The notes under the pieces are model-generated. The model did not search any database and was not told where the DNA came from. It was given only the letters and a program-made list of their open reading frames with translations. 64,000 nucleotides of DNA, from the NCBI GenBank assembly GCA_963829525.1, contig CAWHIJ010000003.1, positions 2,400,001 to 2,464,000 on the forward strand, written 5' to 3'. Of this stretch, positions 63,671 through 64,000 are shown in pieces (positions within the stretch are counted from its first letter, which is position 1; every line of letters starts with the position of its first letter). Source of the stretch: an uncultured Actinomycetota bacterium. GTDB taxonomy: Bacteria > Actinomycetota > Actinomycetes > JAHEKZ01. Both the position numbers and the translations under genes were made by a program.

Positions 63671-64000
63671 ATGCGCCTGCTGATCATCGGCGGCACCCAG
63701 TTCGTCGGACGCCACATTGCCGAGATCGCACTCGAGCGGGGACACCAGGTATCGGTCTTCCACCGAGGCAAGACCAACGCCGACGCCGTGCCGGAAGCAG
63801 AGCACATCTTGGGCGACCGGGACCACGACCTCGAGAACCTGGCAGACGGCCACTGGGACGCAACGATCGACGTCTGCGCCTACGTTCCTCGTCAGGTGGA
63901 CCAACTGGCCGAAGCCCTCGGCGAGCGGGGCGGGCGACATGTATTCATCTCGACAGTCTCGGTCTACGCCGAGCCGTCGCCGCCGAACTCAGATGAGGAC
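63671..64000 (+). CDS. NAD-dependent epimerase/dehydratase, partial
   Basis: MRLLIIGGTQFVGRHI..FHRG..GDR..FISTVSVY; GGAGG RBS. Confidence 0.9.
   Translation, partial: MRLLIIGGTQFVGRHIAEIALERGHQVSVFHRGKTNADAVPEAEHILGDRDHDLENLADGHWDATIDVCAYVPRQVDQLAEALGERGGRHVFISTVSVYAEPSPPNSDED

Overview
High-GC Actinomycetota chromosomal segment, mostly core and metabolic genes. In order: a TetR-controlled acyl-CoA catabolic operon; an amidohydrolase; TetR-MFS efflux pair; sbcD-sbcC followed by an unusual RNase III-family gene; acetoacetate-CoA ligase; a DUF222-HNH element; tRNA-Lys; a heterodimeric ABC exporter; an orphan groES-DUF3618 pair; a Zn-type ABC importer with bcp; tRNA-Leu; the conserved clpS-mec-cysO-cysM-murI-rph-rdgB block; two GH18 hydrolases; tyrosine catabolism genes (hppD, hmgA, fahA); a polar amino-acid ABC importer; trxA, arcA, pckG, a P450, tag and hom. 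About a dozen genes carry single-base frameshifts or premature stops, most likely long-read consensus errors. The best candidate for an undescribed system is a translationally coupled sbcD-sbcC-RNase III operon behind a PafBC-type DNA-damage promoter, where the RNase III protein has two tandem domains (one intact, one catalytically degenerate) and no dsRBD. Also notable: three sigma-28/WhiG-like promoters, two with BldM-WhiI-like boxes, two of the three promoters sitting in front of paralogous microproteins; and a 7 x 21-bp tandem array right after tRNA-Lys. All calls come from manual motif recognition; no searches were run.
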